A stretch of 64,000 nucleotides of DNA from Candidatus Aminicenantes bacterium UBA647. GTDB taxonomy: Bacteria; Acidobacteriota; Aminicenantia; UBA2199. The notes under the pieces are model-generated. The model had not been told where the DNA came from and ran no database searches. It saw only the letters and a list, made by a program, of their open reading frames with translations. The stretch covers positions 1,310 to 65,309 of the forward strand of contig DBOL01000107.1 in the NCBI GenBank assembly GCA_002299555.1, read 5' to 3'. Positions within the stretch are counted from its first letter, which is position 1; each line of letters opens with the position of its first letter. A program made the position numbers and the translations under genes. This document shows, one piece after another, positions 63,370 to 64,000 of the stretch.

Positions 63370-64000
63370 CTAATCCTTATTTTTCTCCTTATACTCTTTT
63401 TCAGAGATTATCTTCAGGACTCCCGCTTTATAATTGACAAGAAATCTGTTTATCTTAACCATATCTTTCTTTATAAATGACTCAAATCCCGCTTCTATCT
63501 CAGCTAATTGGGTTTGCATGGTCTTTATATATGTAAGTTGTGAATCCGTCGGCTTTCCTCCATACATACTGACAGCAGAGTAGATCTGGATCATTTTACC
63601 CTGGAGCATCTCACTGGAATATATCGAACCCTTCTCATCAATGATCTTACTCTTGATAAGTTTGGCTTTATTTATCCCTCTCCTTAAGATCTTTTTCACT
63701 CCATTGGGAAGTTTTTCAATTGTAAGTTTTTTATCCAAGGCCTTAACAACATCACTCAACGTATCTGAAAAATAGGCCATATGCTCAAGCATATTGTAAA
63801 TTTCCCAGACCTTCTCTTGTCTCAGATTTGTATCTTCAACACTATGTTTTGTATAGTGATTAGCTTTAAGGAGGATAGTGGACTCGTATACTTTTTTGTT
63901 TTTTGTAAGTTTGATCTTATATTCACCGGGATCTACCATAGGCCCGCCAAACACAAATCCGGTCAATCCCGGAGCTCTTCCTGCCTTGGGTGCCTTCAGT
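63370..64000 (-). CDS. C-terminal ~210 aa of a larger protein (start beyond window end); possibly the tail of another BNR/sortilin-like repeat protein
   Basis: The ORF track starts at an internal TTG (63966), but the frame remains open to position 64000 (...LKAPKAGRAPGLTGFVFGGPMVDPGEYKIKL...). The PGEYKIKL beta-sandwich-like segment and helical tail resemble the C-termini of large exported BNR-repeat proteins, from memory only. Confidence 0.4.
   Translation of the reverse strand, partial: LKAPKAGRAPGLTGFVFGGPMVDPGEYKIKLTKNKKVYESTILLKANHYTKHSVEDTNLRQEKVWEIYNMLEHMAYFSDTLSDVVKALDKKLTIEKLPNGVKKILRRGINKAKLIKSKIIDEKGSIYSSEMLQGKMIQIYSAVSMYGGKPTDSQLTYIKTMQTQLAEIEAGFESFIKKDMVKINRFLVNYKAGVLKIISEKEYKEKNKD

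Overview
A visibly AT-rich 64 kb window from a diderm bacterium. The bacterial assignment rests on lpxB, a TolC-type outer-membrane factor, an HME-RND pump, GspG-type pseudopilins and a sigma-54 enhancer-binding protein. It is probably an uncultured or candidate-phylum lineage, but I cannot assign taxonomy from sequence alone. I support about 47 protein-coding genes, 2 tRNAs, a tRNA-fragment relic and a few regulatory sites. I saw no CRISPR array, transposase, integrase or rRNA. The left two-thirds is housekeeping plus an exported-hydrolase repertoire: clpB, nadA, NifU-like, lpxB, lhgO, aminotransferase, gap-pgk-tpiA-secG-tRNALeu-tRNASer, BNR/sortilin-like protein, tricorn-like protease, M1-like peptidase and an amidohydrolase-S9 fusion. 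After the tRNA pair the content becomes accessory: cheR-PAS-hybrid kinase-response regulator, an rdhA-rdhB reductive-dehalogenase-like pair with two extra redox genes, and a four-gene heavy-metal RND efflux operon. Most worth a second look: (1) an archaeal-type GatE-GatD amidotransferase pair in a bacterial locus. (2) A complete divergent sigma-54 module (FHA-type activator, tandem palindromic UAS, consensus -24/-12 promoter) whose promoter points at no annotated gene and runs antisense into the clpB 3' end. (3) The Tat-dependent rdhAB cluster downstream of a tRNA-Ser whose 3' end is duplicated, with the second copy split by a structured insert. All functional calls come from motifs read by eye in the supplied translations. 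No database search was run.
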